Source of the DNA: Octopus sinensis
Lineage: Eukaryota
NCBI RefSeq assembly: GCF_006345805.1
Contig: NC_042999.1
Span: forward strand, 133,796,001-133,860,000
Length of the DNA: 64,000 nt
Direction of reading: 5' to 3'
Below are positions 25,731 through 38,427 of this stretch, in pieces. Every line of letters begins with the position of its first letter. Within the stretch, counting starts at the first letter, position 1. A model generated the notes under the pieces. That model did no database searches, was not told the DNA's origin, and worked only from the letters and a program-made list of their open reading frames with translations. A program made the position numbers and the translations under genes.

Positions 25731-26948
25731 AAAAATGCATTGTAAATAAACAACGACAAATAAAAAGCGTATACGTATCAGACACAGAGGGTCGCGAAAC
25801 TGAGTATTACCATTCTGGTTGATAACTGATGAAGAGTTAGGAACCCTCTGTATCTTATGCATCTACGTTTTTTTATCTGTTATTTATTTACAATGCATTT
25901 TGTTCATTTATTAGTAACGGTACGCAACACACACCAAACGTTTATTAACAGTAAGTTTACATCTATTGTCTATCACTTTGTTACGTGTTTTTTCTAGCCT
26001 GTCCACTTTCTCCTTTCTCTTTCTCTTCTCTCTTTTTCTCTCTCTCTTCTCTCTGTCTATCTCTCTCCCTTTCACCTCTGCCACGTGAACCCTGGTCTGT
26101 TTTTCTTCGTTCTCTCTTTCTCACTAGCCACCCAGCGATTCGATCACACACACGCAAAAAAAAACTTTCACTGCCTTGCTATTTACTGTAGTCTATATCC
26201 TTCAGTGGTTAGGGCAGCGGACTCGCGGTCATAGGATCGCGGTTTTGATTCCCAGACCGGGCGTTGTGAGTGTTTATTGAGCGAAAACACCTAAAGCTCC
26301 ACGAGGCTCCGGCAGGGGATGGTGGTGATCCCTGCTGTAATCTTTCACCACAACTTTCACTCACTCTTACTTCCTGTTTCTGTTGTACCTGTATTTCAAA
26401 GGGCCGGCCTTGTCACTCTCTGTGTCACGCTGAATATCCCCGAGAACTACGTTAAGGGTACACGCGTCTGTGGAGTGCTCAGCCACTTACACGTTAATTT
26501 CACGAGCAGGCTGTTCCGTTGATTCGGATCAACCGGAACCCTCGTCGTCGCAACCGACGGAGTGCTTCCCATATCCTTCAGGATTTTTTCTAAGCGTTAC
26601 TGTCTTTTGACCACAAGGCCATATTTTGCGCGCTTCGTTTTTGTCCATCGTCTGAAATTACATATTATTTTACTTTCTCATGTTCACTCTGTGTCGTTTT
26701 GTTTGCTTGAGGCCTGATTCTCTGCGTCTTTCGCAGCCACTGCAAAGATATGAAGCTCCTTAGTCTTATAATTAAAGGTGCGAAACTGAGTATTACCATT
26801 CTGGCTGATAACTGATGAAGAATTAGAGATCCTCTGTGTCTTATACGTATACATTTTTTTTATCTGTCGTTTATTTACAATGCCTTATTTCATTTTTTAG
26901 TAACGGTACGCAACACACACCAGACGTTTATCAACAGTAAATTCATTT
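25731..26948 (+). mobile_element. Penelope pseudo-LTR / retrozyme-like module with hammerhead-like motifs
   Basis: ~170-bp direct repeats (25794-25962 and 26780-26948), each with GAAAC-TGA-GTA and CTGATGA. An inverted partial copy lies at 25731-25792. Confidence 0.55.
26206..26570 (+). mobile_element. 5'-truncated chimeric SINE with 11-bp TSD
   Basis: TSD ATATCCTTCAG at 26195-26205 and 26571-26581. The head is as in 58882-59200; the tail is as in 35685-35980. Confidence 0.9.
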
Positions 26949-26960
26949 ATATATATATAT

Positions 26961-27075
<115 letters not shown>

Positions 27076-27687
27076 TCTCCAAGCCTGTACATTATCTCCA
27101 AACTTTCTAATATTTATATATATATATATATATATAGCAATTCAGCAAAAGTGCGACAGAATAAACAACTGACAAAACTCCCCAAGACAGTGTTCCAGCA
27201 AGTCCGCAGTTTTATGCCTTTCACAAAAAGAGTAAAGGAGTATATTCTTTAACGGTATGATGTTTTGTTAAACTTCAGGGAAAACCCCAAATCTTCCCCG
27301 AATAAAAAAGAAATTACCACGGAAGCCTGTAGCCTTTAGTTTAATACAAGTTAGCATAAAGTTTACTACGATTACTGCTATGTCTTAAGTATAATGCCCA
27401 GGGGCTTTTAGATTGGGGTCCAGCCGGTACTTTGTTCCGGGGCCAAAGAGATAAAAAGAGCTCCACAGTAACTACGTAACATTCATCTCCCCTTGAAAAC
27501 AAGCACCTTCCACTACCCCCAGCCCGACATACTCTGACATTTATATACTGAAGCATCACTATACTAATCAACACCACACTTCTTTTAAATAGTATTTATT
27601 ATTAATTATTGTGGGCCTGGTTGTATAGACATATGATAGAACCAAGAGTACTACCTACAGCCCGGGGTTCCAAAGGGATATTGTACC

Positions 27688-28176
27688 TATTTCTTTACTA
27701 CTCAAAAGGGGCTAAACACAGAGGGGACAAACAACGACAGACAAACGGATTAAGTCGATTATATCGACCACCAGTGTGTAACTGGTACTTTATTTATCGA
27801 CCCAGAAAGGATGAAAGCAAAGTCGACCTCGGCGGAATTTGAACTCAGAACGTAGCGGCAGACGAAATACCGCTAAACATTTCGCCCGGCGTGCTAACGT
27901 TTCTGCCAGCTCGCCGCCATCTCCAAAGGGATCTTGTACCTATTTCTTTACTACCCACAAGAGGTTAAACACAGAGGAGACAAACAAAGATAGACAAACG
28001 GATTAAGTCAATTACATCGACCCCAGTGCGTAACTGGTACTTAATTTATCGACCCCGAAAGGATGAAAAGAAAAGTCGACCTCGGCGGAATTTGAACTCA
28101 GAACGTAACGGCAGACACGAAATACGGCTGCGCATTTCGCCCGGCGTGCTAACGTTTCTGCCAGCTCGCCGCCTTC
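27688..28176 (-). mobile_element. Two tandem SINE family B copies separated and flanked by the same 19-bp sequence
   Basis: TCCAAAGGGAT(A/C)TTGTACC at 27669, 27922 and 28177. Confidence 0.92.
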
Positions 28177-30337
28177 TCCAAAGGGATCTTGTACCGCCAT
28201 GCAAAATTTCACTTGGAGCCCTGATAATGCTATGATAAATCTTTCAACGGTACAACTTAATCAAGATGGATTCAGTAGACCAATGATAATCTGTCTAGAT
28301 TTAATGTTTAAAAAAAATTGTAAGAATATTCGGAAAACTGATAATCTAACAGAAAAAATTTCGGGCGTTAACTGAATACTTCTTGTTAACCTAGCTCGTT
28401 TTCTGTTTTGTTCCAATTTTTAACCAGCTTTATAATTATAAGTATTATGTAACTTCTTGTTACATATCTGTACGCCTGTTAGAAAGAACGGGGAGGAGAA
28501 GATAAGTATGGATGTACGTAGGTGGCTAAATAAACAGAATACATTTTTTGTCTTGATTGTCGTTTTTCTCTATTGTTTTGAAAGCAAGGAGAATGACAGA
28601 GCCAAGGGTGTCTGGGGGACGTATGAAATGTGTTTATATTTGTTTAGATTAAAACTCATATGTTAAGAAGCTCTCGCTGTTGTTTTGAAAATATATCGCA
28701 TTTTAGACGTTCTTACATATTAAAAGACTTCTGTAACTAGAGAAGCTCAATTTTAACTGCATTAACAAAGACATACTTAGATATATATGCAGGCAGAATA
28801 CACACAAATATGGACGTTTATATACATACTCATACACATGTGTGCGTGCGTGCGTGCGTGTATGTGTGTGTGTGCGTGTGTGTATGCAATCATATATGTA
28901 TGTATGTATATGTATTTATACACAAGTCTAAATGTATGTGTGCATGAGTATGTCTGAGTGTGCGCGTGCATGTGTACGTATGTGTGTGTGTATATATATA
29001 TATATGTGTATGTATGTATTAGGTATGTATGTTTGTATGTATGTATGTATGTATGTATGTATGTATGTATGTATACATGTATGTATGTATGGCTACATAG
29101 TGCACATATGTGAACCAGGTTTTCGCATATTTAATTTAGTTTTCGTAAAAAAGTCACATCTGTCAACCATTATTCATCATCTATTTTTCTTTTCTTCAAT
29201 TTTGCATTGGAACCCTTCTGCTGTGTATGAGAGTAGGGCGGTGTATGAGTGTATATGTGTGTGTGTGTGTACGTGTTTGTGTGTGTGTGTAAGTATATTT
29301 TATAGGATATATTACATGCCTAACTACCCTTCCACCTGTAGCTCTCTATACATATATGTGTGAATGTGCGTGTTGGTGAACGTATGCGTTTGTATATGGC
29401 GAGAGGGAGAAACAGAGAGGAGAGGATTGAGAGGCCACAGAAATAAGTACTATACATGTATATAGATAGTTATATGCATTGTGTGATTACGTTTATTAGT
29501 ATTCGTCCTTAGTATCCTGAGGACGCATGGTCTAGTGATCGTGAGATCGTGGTTTCAATTCATGGACTGGATGGGGCATTGTGTTCTTGAGCAAAACTTC
29601 GTCTCACGTTGCTCTGCTGTTGCTTCGATGCCTGACTCGTGGGTACACTGTGTACCTGTTCAGGCAACATCGATTTGATAGAGGGGGTGAGCTATAACAA
29701 ATCACTATAAACAAATCATTTGCGCAGGTCGTTCTACAAAAACGGAACACTCATACGCCGCCGTCTCCAGTGGGAGAGGCCATCATTAGTGATTAGTATG
29801 ACTATATCGATAGGTACAGTGCTTATAGTTACGTAAATAGAACTACAAATCGAAGATGGAATAGTCCGGCATAGTCGTGTGCTTTCTGAAATCTGCATCG
29901 GAAATATGTAGTGTGGGGTCCAATACCAATTCTCCGCTCTTTGAGAAAGTGTCTTATATTATAAGTTGACCAAAACCTCGATGGTTTAATTTGGTTGTTG
30001 ATATTGTTTAGCTCCCAATGAGCCATCACCAAGCAGGACTATAATCAAACACATACAAGACGATGAAAACTTTCCGTCGGTTTGTATATCAGGGAATGCA
30101 TGATCTAACCTACTCATACCTTTTTTTATTATGCCAGGATGTGATTTTTCAGCAAATTTTGTTGCTTTTTCTAACAGCTCAAATAACCACGAAAGGCACC
30201 CTTGTTGGCTTCAGTGAAATTTTGTAGACGGAAACTGAATGGGAAACTAATCGGAATGAACGTTTAATCTTACTTTCTTTTTTCTTTCTTTTTTTTCTTT
30301 TGACTAATAAACTTAATCCGTCATTCGGTTTAATACC

Positions 30338-30567
30338 TATTTCTTTATTACCCACAAGGGGCTAAACATAGAGGGGACAAACAAGGACAGACATAGGTAT
30401 TAAGTCGATTACATCGACCCCGGTGCGTAATTGGTACTTAATTTATCGACCCCGAAAGGATGAAAGGCAAAGTCGACCTCGGCGGAATTTGAACTCACAA
30501 CGTAACAGCAGACGAAATACCGCAAAGCTTTTCGCCAGGCGTGCTAACGTTTCTGCCAGCTCGCCGA
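30338..30567 (-). mobile_element. SINE family B with 12-bp TSD
   Basis: CGGTTTAATACC on both sides (~30326-30337 and ~30568-30579). Confidence 0.9.
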
Positions 30568-31424
30568 CGGTTTAATACCGTCACCTGATAGATTTATACA
30601 TCTATTGAAAGCATTTGGACCATATCCCTGGATTGATTATACATATTTTTATCCTTCAACCAGTCTTGGAGGCCGTGAAAAATGACAGATGCAATGTCCT
30701 TCCTCCTTTGATTATGTGATAAAAGAAAGAAAAATGAATGTTAGTGAGTTTGACTGATACAACGTCAGATTCTTGTATTTAAATAATAGTTGCATCAAGT
30801 TCAAACAACTACATCGGTAACCGATGCAGAAAGGAACCCATGATTAATTAAACATTATACCCTGTTACATGCTCGGAATTTAAAAAGAAAAATAATACAT
30901 TGTTCATTCAATATCACTATTATCTAATCATTTATAAAGCGTATTCTTTCTTATGCCAAAAAGAATTTGCTTGCTACAGACGACTTTTCTCCACTGTTAC
31001 CGTCCCTGAGCTGTCTTGTCTGGTTCTCTCGAGTTGGTTCACTCATTCCCCAGTTCGGACATGCCTTAAGCATATTACATTAAATATATGTAGTTAATAA
31101 TATTGATTATACCAGAGCTGCTTTTTTCCATCTTATAAGAGTAAATGTCCTTACAGCTTCACTGCGTTCGAAATTTACTTTCTTGTGCGCAAAATACCAA
31201 CCGCATTTGACGCTCCTAAAGTTTGTTTATAATATGTGTGCGAGTATATATGCATACGTATGTGTGTGAGCGAGAATGTGTGCGTTTGTGTGTTTGTGTG
31301 TATATGTGTGTGTATACATGTATACATATTCATGCAAATATAATGTTATATAAATGCATGTTTTGTATACGTGGTAGCTTGTCTTTCACATACGCTAGAT
31401 GGATGGATGGACGGAGGATGATAT

Positions 31425-31515
<91 letters not shown>

Positions 31516-32289
31516 CAGACAGACATGTGTTATAATTCGCTTGAAGTGTTGTGAAACATCTTTTAGGAAGCTCACAGAATGCAAAGGGCATTACATATAA
31601 ATAAAAGAAAAAATAACAATCACAGAGAAAACAATATGTTACCATTTAAATATTAATATTACGGTATATTTCGTGTAACGTACCTTTCGGTAGAGTAAAT
31701 TAGCTACCAAAGGAAGAGAATGATTTAAATTGTCATTCGGTTAAAGAAATGTAATTGAACAGACGATTAATTCATGAATGATGTTAAATTCTCGTATAGA
31801 CATTAATTCATGAATTAATTGTCCTTTCATAACAAGGAAAATGTGTAATTTATAGGTTTCTTTTTATACGAAATTTATCGATGTAATTGCTTGAAACTGA
31901 TAAAACTGCATATCATTGAATACAAAATTACTAATATCACTACCAATACCACCACCACCACTGCGGTAAATACAACACAAAATTTATGATGTGAACAAAT
32001 ATTCTAATATCTTATTTACTAGAATTACTACCTAAACGTTGGATGAGATAGCGGCCAAGATAATTTTCAAACAGAGGCGTGACAGCACTACATTACAATA
32101 ATGTGTACCTCTCCGTACCCCAGGAATTTATTTAAAAGCAATCAAAGCGAGAATGTAACATAGCTCTGCTTCATGAAAAATTAGGGGAGATTTCCGTGTG
32201 CTCTCAAGGAAACAGTTAAGGCTTACATGATGTGTCTCCCATTGATATGGTTTATGGCACGTATATGTGTGTGTCGGACCAATATTGAG

Positions 32290-32560
32290 GATGAGGTAAG
32301 AAATCAGAGTGAAGGATTGCTCAAAAATCTCCTCTTATACTGGAAGCAATATACAAACGATGAGATAACTGGAGGGTCACAACGCCAGGAATTCGTAGTC
32401 ACATTTTCACTAGAATCGAATTGCCAATTCTGTACAAGACATTGTAGATCTTTGGCTGGGCTAAAAAGTCACATTCGATCACAGCATCAGTAACAGTTAA
32501 GCTTCGTGCAATGGCCATACTCGATAACGAGGGGGCAGTCATAATGTATGTATGTATGTA
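32290..32560 (+). mobile_element. RTE-clade LINE 3' end (5'-truncated)
   Basis: The ORF ends CQFCTRHCRSLAGLKSHIRSQHQ*, the C-terminal CCHH-like motif of RTE/BovB-type ORFs. It is followed by a short 3' UTR with a CTCG-ATAA-CGAG stem-loop and an (ATGT)n tail. Confidence 0.7.
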
Positions 32561-33082
32561 TATTATATATATATTTAATAGATTTTAAATAATAAATTAT
32601 ATTTAAATAAACACTCCGTGAAAGATAAATTAAAATTAAAATAAAATAAAATTAAAATTAAAATTAAACAGAGAAATAAATCTTAAAGTGTAACGCACCC
32701 TCACCATTTGAAAATAATCTAGCTCCATACATGTGATACATAGTGAATAGTAACCCCATTAAAACATGCATAACAATTGAAGTATTTTAAAAATATATAA
32801 ACTACCCAAACTATCAACAAAAAAGATTAATACATCTAATTAAATAAAAAATTGTAATAATAGTAAAACTTTTAATTCTCTCAATTAAATAAGTAAAAGT
32901 TAAATAATTATATAGATTTGGATACTTACTAATGTATATAATTTTATTTATTTTTATTCTTCTGATAAGTGAGTAGGGAGAAGAGTGACAACCAGCCTCT
33001 AAAAAAAAACGATCTAAATGCCATTAAGAGTGAATAGTAGTATGACCTAGTACTTCAAGACTGCAACTAGCCATCGTTCACT

Positions 33083-33548
33083 ATCCATTACGAATTGCTT
33101 GAACGGAACCAGACTGTCAACACGGCTATTCAAGAGAAAAGACCTAATCGTCAGCATGGAGTTATTCTGCTGCACGACAACACCCGCCCTCATATCGCCA
33201 ATATGACCAAGGAAGTCATTCAAACGCATGGCTGGAAAGTGGTGTCTCACCCGCCCTTCTCTCCCGATTTGGCACCAACGGATTTCCACCTCTTTCGATC
33301 TCTTTCAAATGCTATGCGCGGAGTTTCGTTTAATACTGATGCAAAATTGAGAGCATGCTTGGGTCAATTTTTCGAGTTGAAATCGGGTGATTTTTACCAA
33401 CAAGGTATTCAAAATCTTGTTGAACGTTGGGAAGAAGTTGTAAACAACAAGGGTGAATACATTATTGATGAATTAATTGTTATTTTTTATTAAACTCTTT
33501 AAAAAATTAAAATTTTAAAAAACGGCGAGAATTTAGTTGCCAACCCAA
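33083..33548 (+). mobile_element. Mariner (DD34D) transposase 3' half with right TIR; internally deleted, non-functional
   Basis: IHYELLERNQTVN, LLHDNTRPH, HPPFSPDLAPTDFHLF (34 residues between the 2nd and 3rd Asp) and GIQNLVERWEEVVNNKGEY. The TIR AAAAACGGCGAGAATTTAGTTGCCAACCCAA ends at 33548 and is followed by TA. Confidence 0.95.
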
Positions 33549-33742
33549 TATATACACACACATATACATATGGTGATATATAAATATATCTTCAATGTAT
33601 CATATGCTCTCTCTATATATGTATGAATGTATGTATGTTAAGGTGCATGTAGAAATATAAATATATACACATGTATGTATGTATGGATATAAAAAGGAAT
33701 ACAAAAATGGGTCATATATATATATTTAAAAAAAAATTTTTT

Positions 33743-34140
33743 TTTTACTTGTTTCAGTCATTTGACTGCGGCCATGCTGGAGCACCGCCTTTAGTCGAGC
33801 AAATCGACCCCGGGACTTATTCTTTGTAAGCCCAGTACTTATTCTATCGGTCTCTTTTGCCGAACCGCTAAGTGACGGGGACGTAAACACACCAGCATCG
33901 GTTGTCAAGCAATGCTAGGGGAACAAACACAGACACACAAACATATTCACACACACTTATATATATATATACATATATATACGACAGGCTTCTTTCAGTT
34001 TCCGTCTACCAAATCCACTCACAAGGCATTGGTCGGCCCGGGGCTATAGCAGAAGACACTTGCCCAAGATGCCACTCAGGGGTGGACCGGAACCATGTGG
34101 TTGGTTAGCAAGCTACTTACCAAACAGCCACTCCTGCGCC
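33743..34140 (-). mobile_element. SINE family A copy
   Basis: High identity to 47959-48365, with a small rearrangement in the head (GATGCCACTCAGGGGTGGACCGG). Confidence 0.9.
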
Positions 34141-34175
<35 letters not shown>

Positions 34176-34283
34176 TAATATATGCATGTGTGTGCATATG
34201 TAGATGTATGTATACATATTTAAATAATTAATACATTAATATGCATATAACATATACACATATAAATCTGTATAGAAGGGTGT

Positions 34284-34740
34284 ATGTATAAGCACCGGTT
34301 ACGTTGGACTGGACATCTTATGAGAATGAAGGATAGCAGGATTCCTAAGCAGATGCACTATGGAGAACTTATGAATGGAAGTAGACTCCGACAGAAACCA
34401 AGGCTGCGATTTAAGGACTGTGTGAAGTCCTCATTAAAGGCCTGTTATATGCAGGACACTGACTGGGAGAACAATGCCTGTCATCGCCACAGATGGAGGA
34501 AGCAGGTTAAGGAGGAGATCGACACTTTTAAGAGAGCACGTATCCAGCATGAAGAACTTAAGCGAGCCCCGCGAATGGGGAAAGCTTGGTCTGCAATGTT
34601 TGCAACCGTGTATACTTGCCAAAAGCAGGGCTCATTAGCCACCAACGGAGCCGCAAATGCAAAATATAAGTTAGTCCTAGAGCGTACAATGTTCCTGAAG
34701 GTCGGCAATGGTCTTCCTCGGTCACGAGTGGACGGCCATC
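34284..34740 (+). mobile_element. RTE/BovB-like LINE 3' fragment
   Basis: RLRWTGHLMRMKDSRIPKQMHYGELMNGSRLRQKPRLRFKDCVKSSLK..WENNACHRHRWR, then a frameshifted C..CNRVYLPKAGLISHQR. The 3' UTR has a CTCG-GTCA-CGAG stem-loop and ends in a CAT/(AT)n tail. Confidence 0.92.
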
Positions 34741-35684
34741 ATATATATATATATGTAAAAATGTGTTACTTATACTGCATAATACATTTATTTACATACT
34801 ACACTACAATAAACAATTCCGCGCTACACTACAGAGTAAATTATGTTACTACATATATAGTGAAGTTGCACATAGATCTTGTCATAGCTGTGTTGCTAAG
34901 AAACTCGCTTTGCAATCTCCTGGCTTCAGGTTCAGTCCGAGCACCTTGGTAACTGTCTTTTATAGCCCCCGTCGACCAGCGACTGTGGGTGAATTTGGTA
35001 GACGAAAAACTACACATACGTGTGTGTCTTGTTTTTTTTTTTATGGTGTATTCATCTCCACTACCGCTTGACAATCGACTTTGGTTTGTTTATGTTCCCG
35101 TAGCCTTGCGGTTCAGCAACGGCGCCGGAAGGAATAAATTCCAGACTTAAAATATAGCTTGGGATCGATTTGTTCGACTAAATCTTCCAAAGCGATACTC
35201 TAGCATTGATGCAGTCGAATGACTGAAGCAAATAAAAATAATGATAAAAAAAATTACATTACATAATCCTTTCTACTATAAACACAAGGCCTGAAATTGT
35301 AGGGGTAGGGACTAACAGATTCATCGACCCCAATGTTTCACTGGTACTTTGTCGACCCTGGAGGGATGTAAGGTGAAGTCGACCCCGGCGGAATTTGAAC
35401 TCAGAACGTTGAACAGTTTTCCCCGGCGTGCTAACGATTCTGCCAGCTCGCCACCTTAAAGATTACATTACACAATAAAATTAACAATATACTATATGCT
35501 GCAAAGTAAAATTCTTTTATTATTCAACATAGTAAAGTTACAGCTACATTACAATATGACACTGGGTGTAGGAAAACAGTACTGACCTTTAACGCCGAAG
35601 CCTTTCATAAACAGTACCGCCGGTATGAAATACAATACAAAACCAGTCTGACAAATATTTCACTATGCATACACACACACACAC

Positions 35685-35980
35685 TGGCACTCCGTCGGTT
35701 GCGACGACGAGGGTTCCAGTTGATCCGATGAACGGAACAGCCTGCTCGTGAAATTAACGTACAATTGGCTGAGCACTCCACAGACACGCGTGTCCTTAAA
35801 GTAGTTCTGTGACAAGGCTAGCCCTTTGAATTACAGATACAATTCATTTCTGCCGGCTGAATGGACTGGAGCAACGTGAAATAAAGTGTCTTGCTCAAGG
35901 ACACAATGCGCTGCCGAGAATTGAACTCACAAACTTACGATCGTGAACCGATTACCCTAAACACAAAGTCACGCGCCTTC
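35685..35980 (-). mobile_element. tRNA-derived SINE (C-type head/core, CCCTCGTCGTCG..CCGACGGAGTG tail)
   Basis: A second copy lies at 50708-51023(-). The same tail is present on 26206-26570(+). Confidence 0.88.
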
Positions 35981-37607
35981 ACCAACATGCAATACAACAA
36001 AATAAAATGTATTAGAACACAAAATAGTAAACTTGTATTCTATATGACATGGTAAACTAACCACATGTTGTCTTACGAGTAAAATGTATTACAACATTAC
36101 ATAGTTAAGTTGCATGGTAATATAAATTTTATTGCATTTCAAAGTTACAACCGGTATTACACAGTATAACTAACTATACGCTATTCTGCAAAGCAAAATG
36201 CGTTATTGAGTTACATTTTAATAGTACACATTGCATCACATAGTAAAACAAACTACACAACAAATTAAACTCTAATCTAATATCATAGAACTTACTATGC
36301 ATTATCCCACATAGTAAAATGTCTTATACCACTACATTGTAAACATACATTATACATCGATTTAAATTTTTGCATAGGGCCAGCAGTTTCGTGGGAGGGG
36401 GTACGTCGATTACATCGACCCCAGTTTTCAACTGATACTTACTTTATCGATCCCGAAATGATAAAAGGTAGAGTCGATCTCGATGGGATTTGAACTCGGA
36501 GCGTAGAGACAGAAGAAATGTCGCTAGGCATTTTGCCCGGACTGGTGACGATTCTTATTTCTTTATTACCCACAAGGGGCTACACAAGAGTGGACAAACA
36601 ACGACAGACAAACGGATTATATCGACTCCAGTGCGTGACTGGTACTTATTTAATCACCCCTGAAAGAATGAAAGCAAAGTCGACCTCGGCGGAATTTGAA
36701 CTCAGAACGTAGCGGCTGATGAAATACAGCTAAGCATTTCGCCCGGCGTGCTAACGATTCTGCCAGCTCACCGCGTCAAAGTTACGTTCTATACTGAGCA
36801 GTGAAACTAAAGCGGTGAGTTAGCAGAATCCTTCGAGAGTCGAGCAAAGTGATAAGCGGCATATCTACCAGCGCCTACGTTGACTTTATGTCCTCCACTG
36901 AGGTCGATTTTGTCTTTTACTATTTCGGTGTTACTAAAATAACTATCACTCTAGGACTGCGGCCGATGTAATCTACTTTCCTCTTACCTCAAAATTGCTG
37001 CCCTTGCGCCGAAATGTGAAGCATATTACATAGTAACACTGCACGCTACACTATAATGAAAAAGATGCGAGTACACTACATTTTAAAGTTACACATTGCA
37101 TCATATAGTAGAACAAACTACCTTCCTCACTGCAAAGTAAACTCTAATGTGTTACAACATATCTAAAACTACGCATTATACTGTAGCCGAAGAGAGATAC
37201 ATCTAAACGATTCCTAGTCCTGCAATCAAATGATTCCGCGTCCTGCATTCAACTTTCTCTGAAGCCATACACATTCGCACATCAGCTAATGTGAACGTAG
37301 ATGTACAAATGTCGTGTTAAAATAAGACTGGCTGGTCACGGCTAGAATGCCTTTATTCATAGGTCAGATCAAACAGTGCTCTCCTGAAGCTAACAATGAG
37401 TAAACGCTTTATATCACTCAGTATAAAACTTGTCATCACACGGCAAACAAAATCTGCCAACATAATCACTATCGTGAGAAACACCAGACTTGATACGCAC
37501 AGATGTCTATGTATACACACACACACAGAAACAGGCACACAATGCTCACATATATTTATGCATATACATACATACATACATACATACATGCATACATACA
37601 TACATAC

Positions 37608-37646
<39 letters not shown>

Positions 37647-37848
37647 CATGTTGACACATAGAAAATGTCACGTGTGTATATGTCTTTAGTTGAGTGTTCA
37701 TGTAAATTAATGTTAGGACGTAAATTGAAAATGTAATATTTCTTTGACATTTTAAATATATCACTTTCCTGAAAAAATTAATCTGATATACGAGTCGGCG
37801 TAAATGTGTGTATATGTGTGCGCAGCATATATATATATATATATATAT

Positions 37849-37924
<76 letters not shown>

Positions 37925-38376
37925 TCTGTGTATGTATATACACATATATATAAAGATGTAAATGTGTGTGTGTATGTAGGTATATTTGTGTGTTATGCGT
38001 GCGTGTGTATTCGTGTAGGTCTATGAAAACGTATGTACGTTTTATATATGTGTGCATGTGTGTGTGTGTTTATGTGTGCATGTATGAAATATTTTCTCAC
38101 ATGCATGCGTAAGACTGCTGAAACACAGGTGCAGTGGAATCTGTCCTTAAATTTGCTGCAATCTCTGTGAAAATCATATGTCTGGTGAGGGTTGGTGGTG
38201 TGAAATCTTGACAAATTTACACTCACCCCCGCCTCACCTCAACTTATGTATACACATGTACACACAATTACATATATACGTATACGCACATGCACATAAT
38301 AGATAAACATATATATGCATATATATAGATATATATATATATATAGATATATATATATATATATAATATATATATA

Positions 38377-38427
<51 letters not shown>

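Noticed and set aside
27669-28195. Regularly spaced short direct repeats resembling a CRISPR array
   Set aside because: The spacers are ~235-bp SINE copies and the repeats are TSDs. The context is eukaryotic, with no cas genes.
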